Positions 60,731 to 64,000 of a stretch of DNA of 64,000 bases are shown here, in pieces. Below the pieces are notes generated by a model, which saw only the letters and a list, made by a program, of their open reading frames with translations, ran no database searches and was not told the origin of the DNA. Position 1 is the first letter of the stretch. Each line of letters opens with the position of its first letter. The stretch is from NCBI GenBank assembly GCA_030264375.1, contig JASCQW010000072.1, forward strand, positions 55,642,728 to 55,706,727, in the 5' to 3' direction. A program made the translations under genes and the position numbers. This stretch comes from Carcharhinus longimanus. Lineage: Eukaryota.

Positions 60731-61604
60731 TGTAGGGGTTCAATGATTCTATATCCCTTCAATGTCTTCATCCAATTTGCTTTGATACTATGATAGTTTC
60801 CACTATCTATCATATAGTGCATTCCAAATCCGAATGAGAAAGCTTTTTCCCTCATGTTATCTCTGGTTAAACACCTTTAAATATTGGTTATTCACCAGTG
60901 ATTGGAAAGAATCTACTTACATTGTACCTGATTTTAAACATCTCTAACTAATCTTCTCTTAGCCTTCACTGCTGGAAGCAGAACCAGAGGGGATTATAAA
61001 GTTTGTACTGACTGCAGAAACAGGGGTTAACCAGTCAAATCATTTCCTACGTGAAGCAGAATGCCTCATCTATTCATCAGAGCAACAATATGAAACGGCT
61101 CAGAAACAGAAAGATAAACTGCAAACATATGACATTTATAGTGAGCAATGAACTGTTCTGGGCCTCTTTGCTACAGCATGATCTGTCACCCTTTGAAGAA
61201 TGGCAGCTTTCTTCAACGAGTCAAACAAACGTAGATGTCACCATCTTTATCGAAGAAAGTGCAAACAAGAGAAGGACAAATACTGAAATATCGCTGGCAC
61301 ACAATGATTCACGAGCTCCTTATTTTAAAAAATCTCTTCCCTTCCTCCGTTGCCAGTTCCAACTGCTTGCTGGAAGATGATGCCATGTGAGCCAGTCACC
61401 CTCCAGCTCCTCACCCAGGCCATTCACGAGCCTTAGCAATGAGTGTTGACAGGCATGATAGCTAAATACAATCCAACGACCACCTTTACAGCTAGCTCAC
61501 TGGGCAGGTGAGGGAACCATAACCGATTTTTCCTCCTTAGTTGTTCTGTGCCAACTGGGATTGGCAAACTCAGAGCAGACAGGTGATCAAAGCAGAGCCC
61601 TTCC

Positions 61605-61895
61605 AGTGGTTAGTATTGCTGCCTCACAGTGCCAGGGACTCAGGTTCAAATCTGCCCTTGAGTGACTGTCTGTGTGGAATTTGCACATTCTCCTTGTGTT
61701 TGCTTGGGTTTCCTCCGGGTGCTCCGGTTTCTTCCCACAATCCAAAAATGTGCAGGTTAGGTGGATTGCCCATGGTAAATGTGTGGGGTTACAGGGATAG
61801 AGCAGGGAGGGTAAGCCAGGGCTAGATGCTCTTCAGTGAGTCAGTGCAGACTCAATGGGCTGAATGGCCTCCTTCTGCATTGTAAGGGTTCTACA
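61605..61895 (+). mobile_element. HE1-like V-SINE, near full length
   Basis: CAGTGGTTAGTATTGCTGCCTCACAGTGCCAGGGAC...GGCTGAATGGCCTCCTTCTGCATTGTA. Confidence 0.92.
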
Positions 61896-62344
61896 GAGAG
61901 AGGGAGCAAGAGTGAGCGCATGGGGGGGGAAACAAAAATACAACCAAAAGAATGGACACTCGAGGGCAAATAGAAAAATCAAAAAAACATAGAAAGGACA
62001 TTTATTGCCTCCAGTAGCCTACCTGACAGATATAGTGTGCCAATTTGAATCAAGTTTATGTTTTTGCATATCCTATGAGTGAAAAATCTCACAAATATAA
62101 AGGTATATCAAGCTTCAGTTAAAAATAATATCAATACCCAATGAAACCCCCTTTCTTGCTTTCAGCCGAGCCCTGACTCAGCTGAGGTTACCAATTCTGG
62201 ACAACAGCAGTCTGGAAATAGCTGTATTTAAAGCAGACAAGAGTGAGGGAGAATGGCGAGACATTTGACTGTTCAGGGAGATAAAAATTTTCAAGCTCAC
62301 TTGATTGTCCAATCAGTGAAGTTGCTGGCTGGTTCTATATCTGT

Positions 62345-62812
62345 CAGCTGTGGCTCAGTGAGAAGCACACTCACCTCTGAATAACAAGGTTCTGAGTTCA
62401 AGTCCCATATCAGAACTTAGTGCAGTACTGCACTACCGGAGATCTTTTGGTCGGGTCATGAGAACCAAGGTTTCATCTGCCCTGCTTGGGTTGATGCAAC
62501 AGGTCCCATGGTGGTATTTTTGAGGGGCTGGGGGCGTAAGCCTGGCGCCCAGGCCAATATTTATCCCTCACTTAATGCGTCACAGAGAACAGATTATCTA
62601 ATCATAATCATGTTGCTGTTTGTGGAATCTTGCTGTGTGCTAGTTAACTAGTGGCGTTTATTACCAAATAAACCTGTTGGACTTTAACCGGGTATCGTGA
62701 GACTTCTTACTGTGCTGGTCTACATTACAATTCAAAAAATTACCTCATTGGCTGTAAAGCCCTTTGAGATGTCCAGTGATCGCAAAAAAAGGTTTATAAA
62801 CGCAAATCCTAT
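62345..62812 (+). mobile_element. DeuSINE with a nested P1 fragment (about 62648-62716)
   Basis: CAGCTGTGGCTCAGT head; TTGCTGTTTGTGGAATCTTGCTGTG core; CCAAATAAACCTGTTGGACTTTAACC insert. Confidence 0.85.
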
Positions 62813-62864
62813 TTCATACTGAGGAGTATGATGCTCTCCCTGTAGTGGAATACTATAATTAACT

Positions 62865-63605
62865 ATTGATAACATTCACATCACACAAGTGTCAAACAAT
62901 GACCATCTCCAGTAAGGGAGGATCTAGCCATTGCTCCATGACATTATATGGCATTAACATCATTGAATCGGCCACTATCAACATTATTGAATCGGCCACT
63001 ATCAACATCCTGGGCTTACTGTTGACCAGAAACTGAACTGGACTACCCACATAAATACTGTGGCTATGAGCATGGATCAGGAGCTGGGAATCTTGCAGTG
63101 AGTAACTTAACCCGACTCCCTAAAGCCTGTCCACCATTTACAAGGCACAATTCAGGAGTGTAACGGAACACTCGCCACTTGCCTGGATGAATGCAGCTCC
63201 GACAACACTCAAGAAGCTTGACACGATCCAGGACAAAGCAGACTGCTTGACTGGTATCCCCCCCACAAACATTTCAATCCCCACCAACAGTATTGCATAC
63301 TATCAACAAGATGTACTACAGAAAGTCACCAAGGTTCCTTAGGCAGCACCTTTCAAACCCATGATCACTACCATCTAGAAAGACAAGAGCAGCAGATACC
63401 TGGGAACACCATCATGCTGACTTGGAAACACATCGCTGTTCCTTCACAGCCGCTGGGTAAAAATCCTGAAACCCCCCCTCTAACCACACTGAGTGTACCT
63501 AAACCACATGGATTGCAGCAGGTCAAGAAAGTAGTTCACCACCACCACCTTGTCAAGGGGCAATAAATGCTTGCCCAGCCAGCAACACCCACATCCTATG
63601 AATGA
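62865..63605 (+). mobile_element. LINE family J 3' part
   Basis: GACCAGAAACTGAACTGGAC...CCATTTACAAGGCACAA...GGGCAATAAATGC...CCCACATCCTATGAATGA. Confidence 0.9.
62962..63008 (+). repeat. 24-bp-period tandem duplication within a LINE
   Basis: ATTGAATCGGCCACTATCAACAT occurs twice. Confidence 0.95.
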
Positions 63606-64000
63606 TTTTGTTTAAACTGTCACATCTGACATTAGGGTGGTGGAATCCAGGTGAAATTATTCCTGGCTGAAAACGTGTCAGTTTAAAAGAGGACAAGGCC
63701 AAGCTATGAAGACAGTCACGTCAAAGCAGTCAACTCTGGGGCAGAATTAGGAATGATCTCTTGGGGATTACTTTACACACAGAGCACCTGCCGATTTACT
63801 GACGGGCTCCACTGATTTCGATGGAACTTAAAATTGGATGAAGGACATAATAAAAAGACGGCCAACCAGTTATTGCCCATTTACGACCCGGCTCTACCCC
63901 TCATCCTCCAATCCCCTCCTGCTGCTGAAGTTGAAAAAATAAACAGAATTGTTTGGACTTCGATCTTCACTCATTGATTTACACCATCAGAACCTCCCCC

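Noticed and set aside
61051-61380. 109-aa ORF
   Set aside because: GTG start, no recognisable domain and no splice support.
1-64000. CRISPR array, operon or other prokaryotic/phage system
   Set aside because: No regularly spaced repeats and no gene-dense region; the content is vertebrate retroposon-rich DNA.

Overview
This is non-coding vertebrate DNA, almost certainly from a shark or other cartilaginous fish. That call rests on the repeat complement: HE1/V-SINEs, SacSINE1-like DeuSINEs, CR1/HER1-like LINE tails and Penelope-type hairpins. I found no intact host gene, and the ORF-track entries I could interpret are chance ORFs or transposon debris. The main structured object is a decayed, internally deleted but end-to-end Ty1/copia LTR retrotransposon, probably GalEa clade (11288-16179, minus strand). 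It retains both LTRs, a tRNA-iMet primer-binding site, a polypurine tract and gag-PR-IN-RT-RH remnants. Also present are two Ty3/gypsy remnants, hAT MITEs (one with a perfect 8-bp TSD), CR1/L2/RTE LINE fragments, several SINE families, and Penelope-like terminal fragments carrying minimal hammerhead-ribozyme motifs. Repeat-free, TAAT-rich islands between the repeats look like conserved non-coding elements of a gene desert or large intron, but this is inference. Repeat boundaries were read by eye and are approximate unless terminal motifs are quoted. Family names come from recalled consensus features, not database searches. There are seven N-gaps.
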